Source: Mizuhopecten yessoensis (lineage: Eukaryota). Taken from it: a DNA stretch of 64,000 nucleotides. Numbering within the stretch: position 1 is the stretch's first letter; each line of letters starts with the position of its first letter. The stretch covers positions 1,176,968 to 1,240,967 of the forward strand of contig NW_018405338.1 of assembly GCF_002113885.1 (NCBI RefSeq), in the 5' to 3' direction. Positions 41,405 to 55,290 of the stretch are shown here, piece by piece. Below the pieces are notes generated by a model. It was given only the letters and a program-made list of their open reading frames with translations, made no database searches and was not told where the DNA came from. The position numbers and the translations under genes are program-made.

Positions 41405-42287
41405 TCTCATAAGAATGTTGTATTTGCTGTATTACGATCAATGGACTCCCATAAAAATGTTGTATTTGTTGTATAACGACCATTGGCCTCTCATAAGAAT
41501 GTTGTATTTGTTGTATTACGATCATTGGCATCTCATAAGAATGTTGTGCTTGTTGTATAACGACCATTGGCCTCTCTTAAGAATGTTGTGTTTGTTGTAT
41601 AACTACCATTTGCCTCTCATAAGAATGTTATGTTTGTTGTATAACGACCATTTGCCTCTCATAAGAATGTTGTATCTGTTGTATTACGATAATTGGCATC
41701 TTATAAGAATGTTGTATTTACGATCATTGGTCTCTCATAAGAATGTTGTATTTGTTGTATTACGATCATTGGCCTCTCATAAGAATGTTGTATTTACGAC
41801 CATTGGCCTCTCATAAGAATGTTGTGTTTGTTGTATAACGACCATTGGCCTCTCATAAGAATGCTGTGTTTGTTGTATAACGACCATTGGCCTCTCATAA
41901 GAATGTTGTATCTGTTGTATTACGATCATTGGCCTCTCATAAGAATGTTCTATTTACGACCACTGGCCTCTCATAAGAATGTTGTATTTACGACCATTGG
42001 CCTCTCATAAGAATGTTGTATTTACGACTATTGGCCTTTCATAAGAATGTTGTATTTACGACCATTGGCCTCTCATAAGAATATTGTATTTACGACCATT
42101 GGCCTCTCATAAGAATGTTGTATTTACAACCGTTGGCCTCTCATAAGAATGTTGTATTTGTTGTATTACGACCATTGTTCTCTCATAAGAATGTTGTATT
42201 TGTTGTATTACGATCATTGGCCTCTCATAAGAATGTTGTATTTACGACCATTGGCTTCTCATAAGAATATTGTATTTGCTGTATTAC
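41405..42287. repeat. Minisatellite with mixed 42-bp and 33-bp units
   Basis: CTCATAAGAATGTTGTATTT[GTTGTATT]ACGACCATTGGCCT. Confidence 0.97.
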
Positions 42288-43424
42288 AGAAAACACATTG
42301 AAAAGCCTTACGGCCGAAAGTGATTTCTATGTTAGCAATTGACATTTTGATCGTTTGACATGATTTAAGCGAGTTACAAAAAAGTTGGTTTGAGCACAGA
42401 ATCCATGCTTGAGCATGAGAACGGTTTCATGAATACGGGCCCCGGTCTTATTCTTTTCAAAAGTCTCTATGTTAACGTATCTTTGGCTCACATTGTACTT
42501 TAGTTTATGACTTGAATTTTGTTTATGGTTATAACTGTAAGTTTTGTTAATTTTCATATGTCACTTGGACGAATATTCTTTGAAAATTATTCATAAATTA
42601 TTGATATTCGTCTTCATTTTGCCTGTTGCCATTTTTCTGTTACAAACGTTGTCATCGACAAACAATTTGCTATAGATGTTGTAAATACAAGCAAGTTGTT
42701 GACATACACTGACAGCATAGAAGACCAAGCACTTTTAATTGGGTAACCTTTCTCTCATCAGTCCAAAATTGTAATATCTACTTTTGCCCTGCGTTTATTT
42801 TATCCTAATGCCATGCTGAAATTCTACAACCTGTAATTTTGATTTCATCAAAAATCTAGGGGTGCAGTTGATCTGCTTCTGGGTATTTTTTATATGGACC
42901 GCTTCTCTAAATTTTCTAATTACGTGTTCCACTATGATATGAAGTCAGTATCTTGACTTTGCTATAAAATCAAGCATTACTGATTCTTTGTTTTTACATC
43001 TGTGATGCTGTTCAATACACACTACTCAAAAATATATTCAGTCCTGTAGTTTTTCCTTTGTCTTCCGCTTCCATATTATACCTCCTCCCACAGTTGACAC
43101 GTGAGATGTGGACTGGTTTATTGTTGGGGTTATACTTGTTTATCAGATTATAGATTTCCTGCTATGTGTACTTAAGTACCTATACTTAAACAAGTTCGTA
43201 TCTTTTGTGTAAGGCCCATGAGTTTCCGTCCTCATCTTTTTCTAGATTTGTAATTTCTATTTACATCTTTGTCTCTCAAACACTTATGTCAGGCTTTGCT
43301 CTCCCCTGTCTTTCCGCATCCATCAACAACTTTCTACTCCGCAACGGTCTATTTTTTACAATGGTTTGTCATTATGCCCTTGCATTACCCTTGAAGACGC
43401 ATGTGGATGGATCACCATATGAAA

Positions 43425-43895
43425 ACGCAGGTGAATGGATTTTCATTATCCAATAAGAACGCAGGTCAATGGATCATCCACCAACAACGAGACTGGGTTG
43501 GATTATCCACGGACAAGGAAGGTTGGTGGATTATCTACTGATACTGGAATGAGGAGTAGTATCCACTGAAGATTATCTCCTGAGAATGTCGATTGAAAGA
43601 TAAATTATCGAGGGTGAATGTGGATGGATCATTCTCTGAGAATGCAAATGGATTGATTATCCACTCAGGGGGCAGATGAATGAATTATCCACAGAGAACG
43701 GAGATTTATGGATTATCCACTAAGAATGTAGGTGGATAGGTTATCAATTAAGGACTAAGGTGGATGGATTATCCTATGAGAACAAAGGTGGATGGATAAC
43801 TCACAACGACAGGTGGATTAATCGCTAAGAAGGCGGCGGGTGGGTGTACTGGCACAGATGGATAGATAATCCAGAGAGAACTGTAGTTGCTGGAT
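43425..43895. repeat. Old degenerate ~30-bp tandem repeat
   Basis: Recurrent GGTGGATGGATTATCCAC...GAGAA motif. Confidence 0.7.
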
Positions 43896-44577
43896 TTCCT
43901 ATGCTCCGATGTATTCAATTTCAGAAGTTTCCAAACAGTATCATAAATGGGACCCACGCGCTGTACATGTCTCTTTCCTTTTTTTAATATTTTTCTTCCC
44001 ATTCCTCTTCGTCTTGATTACTTCCTATAACATTTACAAGGTCGTATTCATGTGTTTCGTCTGAAGCGCTGGTGATCCCTTTAAAAACAGGATGTTGATA
44101 TGTTCAATAACCACGTGCCCGTACTTGTGCTTCAATTCTGACTTCTAGAACACCACTCGCCTCGTTTTTGTTTATCAATTCTTCTCTTAATCTCTTGTTG
44201 AAGTGTTTAGCTGATTACAGTTGTTGAAATATGACTCTCAGATCGGTACTCACTCGATGGTTTATAAGTGGAACATTAATTTTCAATCTTTCAATCAATA
44301 AAATGAAGTCTTATGAGCATGACATTTAATCACAGAGCTTCGTATGATTGTATTATTAAGCTCATTTTATTAGCATTTGCGCATGATATTTCTTGTTGAA
44401 TCTATTTTAACGGGGTAAAAATAGAAACAAATATTTCACAGTATTACGTTTCGAATTTAATCAAAAATGCATTCAAATCAAGACAAGACAAAACAAGAGG
44501 TCAAACACAGTCTGGATCCAGACAAAATGGACTGGAAAGTATCCCGCCTCTAAATGACGGTGTTTTACATTTGGAGA

Positions 44578-44765
44578 TTGGGTGACGCCGTGGATAACGC
44601 TCTCGCCTTTCACCAAGGCGGCCGGGGTTCGATTCCCGATCGCACTTGGGGTCACCTATCAAACCGAGTGTTTTTTCTCAGGTTACTCCGGTTTCTTTCC
44701 ACATAAAGACCCTCTGTCCTCTACCATCCAGACCAACACACGTGATTTATATAGGCTGATGTAAC
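44578..44765 (+). mobile_element. tRNA-derived SINE, same family as 25290-25475
   Basis: CAAGGCGGCCGGGGTTCGATTCCCGATCG...TTTCTCAGGTTACTCCGGTTTCTTTCCACA. Confidence 0.8.
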
Positions 44766-45489
44766 ATGTTTCATTAGTGTTGTAACACACATTAACCGAT
44801 ATTGTTTTAAATAACTCCTATTTGTAAAAGAACGTTCAGCTGTAAGTGTTAAAGAAATTACAAATCTACATGTTATATCAAGTACAACCAACTGTGCTTT
44901 ATGAACCCAATGAAGGTTATTTCGGTATCTGTATCGAGAACTGTCTTCACAGAATTGACACAAAGTTGAAAACGTCTCGTACAAACAACAATACTGTAAT
45001 CTCGGAGTTTTAGAATCTAATGCCAAAGCTATGGTTGCCATATATGTTGAATTGTTTCAGTACGTTGACCAAATGCCGTTCTAATTTTTCCTGACTCAAC
45101 TTAAAAATGTAAAACGATCTCCGAACAAGTTACTGCTCCCATCTCTAATCTAAACCAACGTTTTGGTTTTCTCTGTTTCTACTGACAGACCCAATCGGTC
45201 ATGTTTTTCAAGCATGATTATCGAGAGATTTAACCATCGTCTTTATACCGCATAAGAAATATTAACGTTAATATCAGAATTAAATATTCCGGACCGGGAA
45301 GAGGGAGTTTTTACTTATCAGAAATGCAATCTAAAATTGACATGTTATCGATCTTATTAGCCCTATTATAGCTTCTGTATTGCAATTTATGTCTTTGCAA
45401 TTAATACCCGCTTTTCTTTGTATGATAATGGACCCTCAAAATCTAATTAAACTCCGTTCATTTGCAAAAATTATGAAACAATAGTCAAC

Positions 45490-45705
45490 GTATATTAATC
45501 ACTTGTCGGCCTCCAAGGAAGCACGCAGTGTACCTTAATTTGAGAGGAAACCATAGTACTGGAGAACAACCACGTAGTCTGGCTGTTGACTACCTACCAG
45601 TTCAAATCAAAACTGAAACTGGACATCATATTCGATCGGGGAATCGGACCCTGGCTGTCTCTTCAATGGTAGGAAAGTGCTCTATCCACTGTGCCTTCCG
45701 ACTTC
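45490..45705 (-). mobile_element. Degenerate copy of the same SINE family
   Basis: TATTAATCAC...GAGGAAACC...GATCGGGGAATCGGACCC...AAGTGCTCTATCCACTG, similar to 25290-25475. Confidence 0.65.
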
Positions 45706-47230
45706 CCCTGGTACAAGTTTCCTTAGCTATATAATGTGGGTTTCTTGATATATCTTTACCGTGCTTTGATACGCGTCTCTGTAAATAGTCAATTAGTACG
45801 CTGTTAAGACACTGCGAACGGTTCAGCGAGATAATTACACGGGATTAATCACGGATTTTCACTCTCTGATAAACTTTCTTGCACGAAATTACATTTTAGC
45901 GTGCCTGGCAAGATTGAACCCTTATATAGATAAAAATGGAGTCATAACACGACAATCGAGTATGACCATAACGTTATCATACAGGTACACACAATACAAA
46001 AACGTCATAAACGTGTATGAATTAACCAATACGCGCACAGTTAATTAGGGGACTTCTTTTTCGAGAACAACGTGTAACCATTGAAATAGTACGTAATTGA
46101 AACACGTGATTTCTCATCTTAACAGGGATATACGTAGTCTCGTTCAACCAGACGCTTGATCACTTGTAATTCAAGAGTCTGGTCAAACACGGTACTTTAG
46201 AATCACCATCACAAGAGGGCAGTGTTTTTACTTCCGTTAAAACATTTCAAAGAATAAGGAAATTAATGAAAGAAGTATCCGTGTATTCACTAATACCGAG
46301 AAAATGTCAATTCTCCAGAATAATGCCATATATTTCCACTGAATAAATCATAACTGAGCACTAAGCCAACAAGGCTGACTGAGGTTGGAAAAAAGCATGC
46401 AAAGCAAGCGAGATTTTACCTGTACCCAATTCAAAACACTTCAGGTTCTCACTCAGGTAATCTGGCTTGACTTGTATCAATAGCCTTGTTAGCTTTATGA
46501 ATTGTTGTAAAATATCCAATGAAAATACATGAAATCATTCTTTTTGAAGCATTTTCTTACATTTTTCTCGTTAATAGTGAAATCATGGATACTTCAGGAG
46601 GAATGCATGTACAGGTAATTTTTTCATGAATTAAAATATTCAATGAAATTTTGCGCCACTCAAATTCTGACTTCAAAAGTTGAAAAGGGTGTGTCAACCT
46701 TTGACCAATGAAATCATTTACCAGAATTCTGGTAAGCCTCGTTATGATGTCACAAAACGAAAGCACAGGGTTTGACCAGACTCTCTGTTCGGCGTAGCAA
46801 GTATACGAAGTCATTCGGAATGTATCCACATATGGGACAAAAATTGATAAAATATAAGAAATTGTCAGATACTTCAAACGTTCAAATGTGTGATTGCATT
46901 TACAAATTACTTAACAAATAATTTGAGAAGTATTCATTAATTAGTGCAATTATTTTGTCTGGAGAGAAGAGGTTAGGGGGACTCTACATATGATATAACA
47001 ATTTGCGAGTAAATACAAACATAATTCATCAATACCGGGCTACGATGAAACATGATAGATACAGACCCAAAAACGCCTACACGTCAATTGATTCGCTGAT
47101 GAATACATAGCTATCAAAGGAACGGTTTTATTTCTGAGTTCACGTTTAGCATTTCCGTGAGCGAGTAAATCGGACACGTGATCTCTGATAATTGCGAGGA
47201 CAAGCATTCAGAACATAATTTATAGTCCGG

Positions 47231-48492
47231 GAAATAATGTTTTCAGGAAAACTGTCTCTCTGTATTAAGTCTTAGGAAATAATATGTTCTCATGAAAACT
47301 GTCTCCCTGTATTAAGTCTTGGGAGATAATAAATTATGTTCTCACGAAAACTGTCTCTCTGTATTAAGTCTTGGGAGATGATATGTTCTCACGAAAACTG
47401 TCTCTCTGTATTAAGTCTTGGGAGATAATATGTTCTCACGAAAACTGTCTCTCTGTATCAAGTCTTGGGAGATGATATGTTCTCACGAAAACTGTCTCTC
47501 TGTATTAAGTCTTGGGAGATGATATGTTCTCACGAAAACTGTCTCTCTTTATTAAGTCTTGGGAGACAATATGTTCTCACGAAAACTGTCTCTCTGTATT
47601 AAGTCTTGGGAGATGATATGTTCTCACGAAAACTGTCTCTCTATATCAAGTCTTGGGAGATGATGTGTTCTCAAGAAAACTGTCTCTCTGTATTAAGTCT
47701 TGGGAGATAATATGTTCTCAAGAAAACTGTCTCTCTGTATCAAGTCTTGGGAAATAATATGTTTTCAGGAAAACTGTCTCTCTGTATTAAGTCTTGGGAG
47801 ATGATATGTTTTCACGAAAACTGTTTCTCTGTATTAAGTTGACGGAGGTAACATCTCACGAAAACTGTCTCTCTGCATTAAGTCTTGGGAGATAATATGT
47901 TCTCGCGAAAACTGTCTCTCTGTGTTAAGTCTTGGGAGATGATATGTTCTCACGAAAACTGTCTCTCTGTATTAAGTCTTGGGAGATGATATGTTCTCAC
48001 GAAAACTGTCTCTCTGTATCAAGTCTTGGGAAATAATATGTTTTCAGGAAAACTGTCTCTCTGTATTAAGTCTTGGGAGATGATATGTTTTCACGAAAAC
48101 TGTTTCTCTGTATTAAGTTGACGGAGGTAACATCTCACGAAAACTGTCTCTCTGCATTAAGTCTTGGGAGATAATATGTTCTCGCGAAAACTGTCTCTCT
48201 GTGTTAAGTCTTGGGAGATGATATGTTCTCACGAAAACTGTCTCTCTGTATTAAGTCTTGGGAGATGGTATGTTCTCACGAAAACTGTCTCTCTGTATCA
48301 AGTCTTGGGAGATAATATGTTTTCACGAAAACTGTTTCTCTGCATTAAGTTGACGGAGGTAACATCTTCTCACGAAAACTGTCTCTCTGTAATAAGTCTT
48401 GGGAGATAATATGTTCTCACGAAAACTGTCTCTCTGTATTAAGTCTTGGGAGATAACATGTTCTCACGAAAACTGTCTCGCTGTATTAAGTC
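47231..48492. repeat. 47-bp minisatellite, ~27 copies
   Basis: GAGATAATATGTTCTCACGAAAACTGTCTCTCTGTATTAAGTCTTGG. Confidence 0.98.
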
Positions 48493-50329
48493 TCTACGAG
48501 GAATTGAGTTAGACAAAATCTCGGAGATGATATCATTTTCACTCAACTTCTCTTTCCTGATTTGAGTTAGTTTTGGAGAAATTTGTTTCTAACCCTGAGT
48601 TATATAAAACTTGAACTTTCAACAGGGTTAGAAACAACTTACTATTGATGCGCATATGTCATGTTAGGGAATGAAAACGGTTTCAGAGAGAAGGGCAGGG
48701 ACGGACGGACGGACAAACAACGAGGACATCTCGATCTCCTCACTTTCTCCGATATAAGAAGATAGGAGTTGAAGTAAAACTTGCAAGAGTTTGCCACGTC
48801 CTCCTGCTGTTCTAACAATTTACACATTAAAATCATAAATATTGTAATCCGGTGTTATATGTATAGTGTTGGTGTTGGACCGACAAACGCCGAACAATTC
48901 CCAACCCTGGCCACTTTCATTTATCGCGATCCAATAGGTTGAACCGGTTGAACCACAGTTGTTCGTTTATGAAATAAGGTCGGACTTAGTAATTTGATGC
49001 TGCTTTCAGGCGAGCCTTGACAAAGCGTTGCAAGGCCTGCATAAACATTTGCAGGTCCGCCAGAGTTCACACCCGAGAATGTAACATGTAAATCCAGACA
49101 AACCGGTTATTCCTCATAAACGAACAGGCCTCTGTTAAAAACATTTCAATTTATTTATCTCGTTTTTTAATTCAATTCAATTTTTAAAGAAAAATGCCGT
49201 GGAGATTATTCAGATACACTTTTTAGTCGAATGATATTGAAAATTTGTATATATGTATACTTAAAAAGATCATGAGGTTTAGAGCGGATTAGCATTGTTC
49301 AGTAATAGGCTTTCTTACAGTATGAGAGGGTTGGATCCCACTGATAAAAAACTTAATTTCAAGATATGGAATATCAATAGTCATGTAAAATACGTCAGAC
49401 GAACGTTTTGTACACCTGCGTCAAGTATGGGGGGATAAATTACGTGACAAACAGTGTCGTGCTGCCTGTACGATCTGACTCAGGACATAAGATCCTCCAC
49501 CATTACCGTAACAATGGCAGGCGTTTGTTGTTGTTTATATCTTAAATAGGTTTATAATTTGTGTACCTACCCGTATCAGGTCTGGGTTTGGGGTGTATAG
49601 GGGTGATATTAGTCCATGTATCGGAAACACTTGCAAAACTGTTGTAGTGGTATAGTGACGGGGAGATGTAAAATACATAAGTTCTTTACTAGAGTACCAC
49701 AAGGTGCCGTGATCGATACTCCACCGTCTATTTCACTTGTTAAACGATACTTTGGCAATTATTGAGTTGATGTAAATAGTTTTGTTTGTTCGGGTTTAAC
49801 GACCTCGCGACCTGTGAATAGAGGAGTGGAGTGGGATAAATAACTAAAAGGGATCGAGGATGAGGGGGGGGGGAGGGGTAACGAAGGGATGTGGGTGGGC
49901 GGCGATATTCATAAGACTAAAGTGATGGGAGGTCATATTTTAAAATATACGCAGAGAAGCAATGGCGACAGTGTGAACAAAACTTACTACTAGAGTATTT
50001 GTATTAAATATATTTATTAAGGGTATGGTGTTATGTGTGCAACTTGTGTAAATATTGACTAGGAGTTATTTCCCCTTTGATATTAGCATTGAAGGAGGCT
50101 TTGTAGATAACGATTTACCAAAGTGAAGTTCCTATTATTGTACATTTTCTAACACTTTGGGTCTACCGGGTAATGACGATTTAATTTTTCTCTCTGCAAA
50201 AACATACATGTGTTTTCTGTGATTTTAACGTACATTTTACTGGCGAGATATTGTTTAATGTCATATACAGTGAAATCGATTGCCCAGACCCTTCTTAATA
50301 TATTAATTTAGAAATACTTCGAGTCCACC

Positions 50330-50995
50330 TCAAACTGAGCTCTAACTTAATCTCACATCGGCTTAACATAGAGACAAAAACTCAAGCTTAATCTCACATA
50401 GACGCAACAAAGACTTAACCTCATTCATAATCTGCTGTAGACTTAACACAAAGTCTAAAGCTCAAATTTAATCTCCCATAGACTAAGCATAGAGACTCGG
50501 ACTTAAGCTCAAATGTAATCTCCTAAAGACTTAGCATAAAGACTTAAGCTCAAATGCAATTTCCTACAGACTCAAAAACAGAATTTTGCCCGAACTTAAT
50601 CTCCAAAAACACAACATAAAGACTTCACCTCAAACTTAACCACCTATAGACTTAACACAGATACTTCACCTCAAACTTAATCACCTATAGACTTAACACA
50701 GAGACTAAACCTCAAATTAACTCTCCAATAGACTTAACACAGAGACTTCACCTCAAGCTTAATCACCTATAGACTTACCATAAAGACTTCACCTCAAACT
50801 TAATCATCTATAGACTTAACACAGAGACTTCACCTCAAACTTAATCACCTATAGACTTAACATAGATACTTAACTTGACTAAACCTTAAATTTACTCTCC
50901 AATAGACTTAACACAGAGACTAAACCTCAAACTTACTCTCCAATAGACTTAACACAGAGACTAAACCTTCAATTGTATCTCCCGTGGACTTTACA
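50330..50995. repeat. ~41-bp minisatellite
   Basis: CACCTCAAACTTAATCACCTATAGACTTAACACAGAGACTT, more degenerate towards the 5' side. Confidence 0.93.
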
Positions 50996-52656
50996 TAGCC
51001 TCATCCTCAAACTCAGTTTGAGGCAAACTCTAAGTTTTGGTGATACTTCGATTTGAGTCAAGAGTTTTCCTTAACTTTAAAATTTTCAATTGATTGAACA
51101 TGGATTAAGATTTTTCTCGTCATTAAAAATCAAGGGTGAGATAAAGATGAATTTTCCTCAACTTTGAGTTGAAAGACTTGCAGAAGTCCGAAAATTTTGT
51201 CGCGCAGTGGCAACATCTTGTTAGACAAAATTGGACTGAAAAGATCAAATATTTGACAAAAAACTCCGAGATAACCATCACCATTATCTAATGCATAAGG
51301 AATCAAATAAGTTGGTTTATGTACGTGTAGCAGGGGAATTTGCATAAAACATGGGACTGAAGCAAACAGTACATGAATACTTTGCAGTGGGGTATTCGCG
51401 GGGAACAAGAAGAAAACAACAAAACATAGAAAATAGATACGGAGACAGAATACCATAATACACAAAACGGTAAATTCCGGATATTCTATTGATGGTAAGA
51501 GTATAATATACCATGACAACAGTGTAAAACTCTAAAACGTCTAGTATTTCTCTGAACAAATCAGTTTAGGTCCAACATGGTTGTTGTCACAAATTATCGG
51601 GTCCCTGTGTCCCAGTGTCCTGCATCCAACAATAAACAACAGTATATTGTAATATAACTGAAAATATATATACTAAACATCACATTCGCCATGAATTTCT
51701 AGTCATATCACGCCATGTATGGACATCGTTAACTCTCTAATGATGTTCATAGGCACATAACAACACATGTTCATTGTATTATAATTTTATAGATCTTTTC
51801 ATCAATCACAGGAAACATCTCTCAGAAATTGTCTTAATTTGTATCCCTTCAAACCGGATATCAGGCACATTCTGTAACATAATTTTAGCATTAATTGTGA
51901 CAATAAATCTGAAACAGACGAGAAATGTCGACATAATTCATAGGCGTTTTGTGAATGAAATTACACACGGACAAAACAGTAAAACCGTCAAATTATTGAA
52001 CAATACGCCATACCGTACCGATATTTCCGAGTACAATTACATTTCGTAGTTTGTACTTTAAAAAATCGTGACGTTTCTAAAAAGAATACTTTAAACAACC
52101 CAAAAGATATATAAATGTTTATTACTGAATTAGTTCTTCTCGAATTAAATTCGTTCATTTAAATAATTCATGTGAACTGAAACGTTATGTCGCCCTCATT
52201 GAATATCAGCTGTCAGCGAGACAGGGTCTATGAAATCGACACGGCTAATTAAGGGAGTATACCCGCAACTGCCCTTGAAGTTCCGGGGTCATGTCCACAA
52301 TAGAACACATCCTTAACACGTCAATGTAAATACTCACAGATGTTCAATTTTAAAAGATCATTTGAAAAGGACAACACACCTGCATATTAGTATGACATAG
52401 TTCAAGTCAGTGAATTTCGATTTGTGACCTGTGCCTGTACTTGGGGTCGCATGGACTACAAGAAGCAATATGGCCGATCTTGTTTTTAAAACATCTATAT
52501 TTTATATGAAATAAAATTGGCAAGATAGTCTGTATGTTTACTTCGAGAAAAGCAAACAAATGAAAATACGCGAAGTTGTAAACGAAAAGTAGACTGACTA
52601 TATTAGATTGTTTTTCTCGATATTTTTTTTCCATTTTGGATTGACTTGATATTCTC

Positions 52657-52712
52657 TATTCCGTCTTTGCGTATTGCAGAGTTATCTTCTCTTGGGAACA
52701 GGTATTGATTGT
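52657..52712. mobile_element. MITE family A, single-arm fragment
   Basis: TATTCCGTCTTTGCGTATTGCAGAGTTATCTTCTCTTGGGAACAGGTATTGATTGT. Confidence 0.75.
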
Positions 52713-53275
52713 TTGAATATTATGTATTGTATTCGTAGGAATCGTCGCCAAATTCTGAACAATTACTAAGGTGAGATTTTCCCTTGTGTTAGTTAGCTGT
52801 CCTTGAAATATTCATTTTCATTGCAAATAGAAAATAGAAAATAGTCCATAAATTTCGCTATTAAAAATCTCGAAAACATACCACTAACCTGAGCATATTC
52901 AAAGATGAAGCGTTAACCTTTGGGTTTTCTTCTTTTGTGTCCTCAAACCGTGTATTTTCTTCATTCAAAATTTGCACCTTTGAAACTTTCCAACATGGCC
53001 GCCCTCTTTGCCTTCCTCGAACAAAGATCATCAGCAACTGCATAGTACGCATGCTCAACAAGACTGCAATCCATTTCGAGGAAATTGATCAGACGACAAC
53101 ATCACATTTCACATAGGGGAGGATACATTTCGAGAGGCGTGATTTGGACCATTGGATTAAATATTCTATTCCAGTTTCGCCTAAATACGTCATTGATAAG
53201 TTGAAGGTAATTAATCGAATCAGATACAAAGTTTTGTAATAGTGTGGGAACCGGGTGACAAAAGCAGAAGAGAAT

Positions 53276-53640
53276 TGGTTTGGTTTTATTTTGTTTAACG
53301 TCCTATGAACAGCTATAAGGTCATTTAAGGACGTGCCTGAGACAGTGTATGTTTCTGTACTTGCCTCCTTGTGAATGCGCGGATCTGATGCCAACATTAT
53401 ATTGCTATGTTACCTCACTGAAATACCATATGCCGAAGGCACCCAGCACAGCATTCCGCCCGGTCACATTATACGGACACCGGGTGAACCAATTGTTGCC
53501 ATTCCCTTAAATGCTGAACGTTAAACAGGGAATAACAATTTAACTATACCATTGTTATTTAAGGACTTTGGTATTACCCGGCCTTGGGACAGAACACATT
53601 GCCTTCTTCTTCTGGGCAAACGGTCAACATTAAAGCCAAA
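53276..53640 (-). mobile_element. SINE with Meta/MESC-like core
   Basis: CCGGTCACATTATACGGACACCGGG core; tail TTTAACGTCCTATGAACAGC...GGTCATTTAAGGACGTGCC shared with the 18552 copy. Confidence 0.65.
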
Positions 53641-54973
53641 AGTTAGATGTTGTCAAGCAAGGCGCTAGGAAATAAAAGGTAGTAAGAAGTCAAGTAGACG
53701 GAAATATAAAGATCCCAAATATGCCAATGGTTGCAGCAGGTTTATTTTGGTCGCTCTTGTGTCCCCAAGTAGAGGGCATAAAAGCAAATCCCCAATTCTG
53801 CATGTGGGTTCCCACTAAGTCGCCTCTGCAGGTGTTTTCTTTTCTCGATCCCCGACCTAGAGGGGTGAAAAATCACATATTTAAAACTTGCGCTGCAATA
53901 GTAATTCCATGTTTGTGTTTTTTTGCCGTGTACCGTAAGGAACGAAAAGCAACCGCTTCTGCAGTAACTCATTTTAAAGGTTATCATATGAACATTTCCA
54001 TGTAATTAACCCAAGGGTCCGGAGGCCCGAGGGCTGATATTGGTCGAGGGTCACAAGTTGACACGGGGTAGGATAAAAATGAAAATGAATTGTCACATCG
54101 TAACCTTTTTGCCATGTGCTACACACTGCAAATTATGTAAGTACAATATTTAAATTATCATCTTTAACACACACTAGTCAATAGTTACAAAAAATAGATA
54201 AAACAATTCAAGTCGTAGTCAATTTGACTTTCGTTGGCCTGTATATGTTAACTTAGGCCCAACTTGTTTTATTACTGAGGGGGTTTCAGAGACACATATA
54301 TATACGTTATTCGTCCCAGTCTTGTTTTTAACGGCAACATATAAGTAAATAAATAATAAATTAGTAACAGGCATAATGTTACATGTTACAATAATTGGTA
54401 TCAATGGCGGTATTTTACAATTTTGTGTCAGTGTAAGTCTGACAGTTCAATCACGGACTTAATTCCGTGGTTCAATCTTAATAATTTTTCGTTTTTCTTC
54501 TTCCAGTTAAAGTGCAGGCCCTTGAAGGTATTCTCGCACTCAGTCTATACTTTCACTTTAAATAACAGAAAAAACTATGAGTTGTTTACTGTCAAATAAG
54601 ACACGTCGAAAATAGGACGTACTGCAATAGGCCTAGGGTTTCCCCAACATAACGTCACATGCTATTTTTAGATGACAGGCCATTCTTAACATCCTGGTCA
54701 CCAAAGTGCTTTAAATAAGCGCGATGAAATGCTGTACAAACATGTAGCAAACACTGATTCATTCTTTAATATTTATATGGCTGACATAATCTTCTGAAAT
54801 GGAAATTTATCGACATTGTTCACGTATATAGAATGTAGGAATATAGCTGATAAAGTGTGGGATAGGTAACTTGATAACTCATATATAAACAAGGATATAT
54901 TATTTATACGTAGCGTTTGTGACGTAATTTGGCACTAGAAAATTATTTTGTACTTCTTTGAAACCCATCAACG

Positions 54974-55018
54974 ATGACGACGAACTACGAATCATATCTG
55001 AAAACATCTCTAGCCAAG
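54974..55018 (+). CDS. TSG101: Tumor susceptibility gene 101 (ESCRT-I), exon 1
   Basis: MTTNYESYLKTSLAK, donor AAG|GTGAGT, phase 0; joins in frame to YKYADI. Confidence 0.85.
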
Positions 55019-55200
55019 GTGAGTTAATATATAAATATTAAAAAGTAAACGCACCCAATCAATCACTGTATCGCCATACAATCATATTGTCTATTTCAAC
55101 CTTCCTGTTGTGAAATTGAAAGTTGATCCACAGGGGTTCGTTACAAATGTCTGAAATACACATATGCTTTACTCATAGGTGGTGGGCACGTCTATCNTAC

Positions 55201-55290
55201 GGTAACGGGTTGTTTCGCCCCAAATCCCGTTCGCCCTAAGGGTTGTTTCGCCCCAAAACCCGTTCGCCCCAGGTTGTTTCGCCCTAAAAA
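55201..55290. mobile_element. Transposon end with subterminal TTCGCCC repeats (TSG101 intron 1)
   Basis: GGTTGTTTCGCCCC / CCCGTTCGCCC repeated five times; the motif recurs at ~55787. Confidence 0.5.

Noticed and set aside
41405-48492. Regular repeat arrays resembling CRISPR
   Set aside because: Monomers are contiguous with no unique spacers, there are no cas genes, and the context is eukaryotic.
51130-51559. 129-aa and 80-aa minus-strand ORFs
   Set aside because: No motif or convincing splice context; possibly a decayed transposon remnant, but I cannot assign it.
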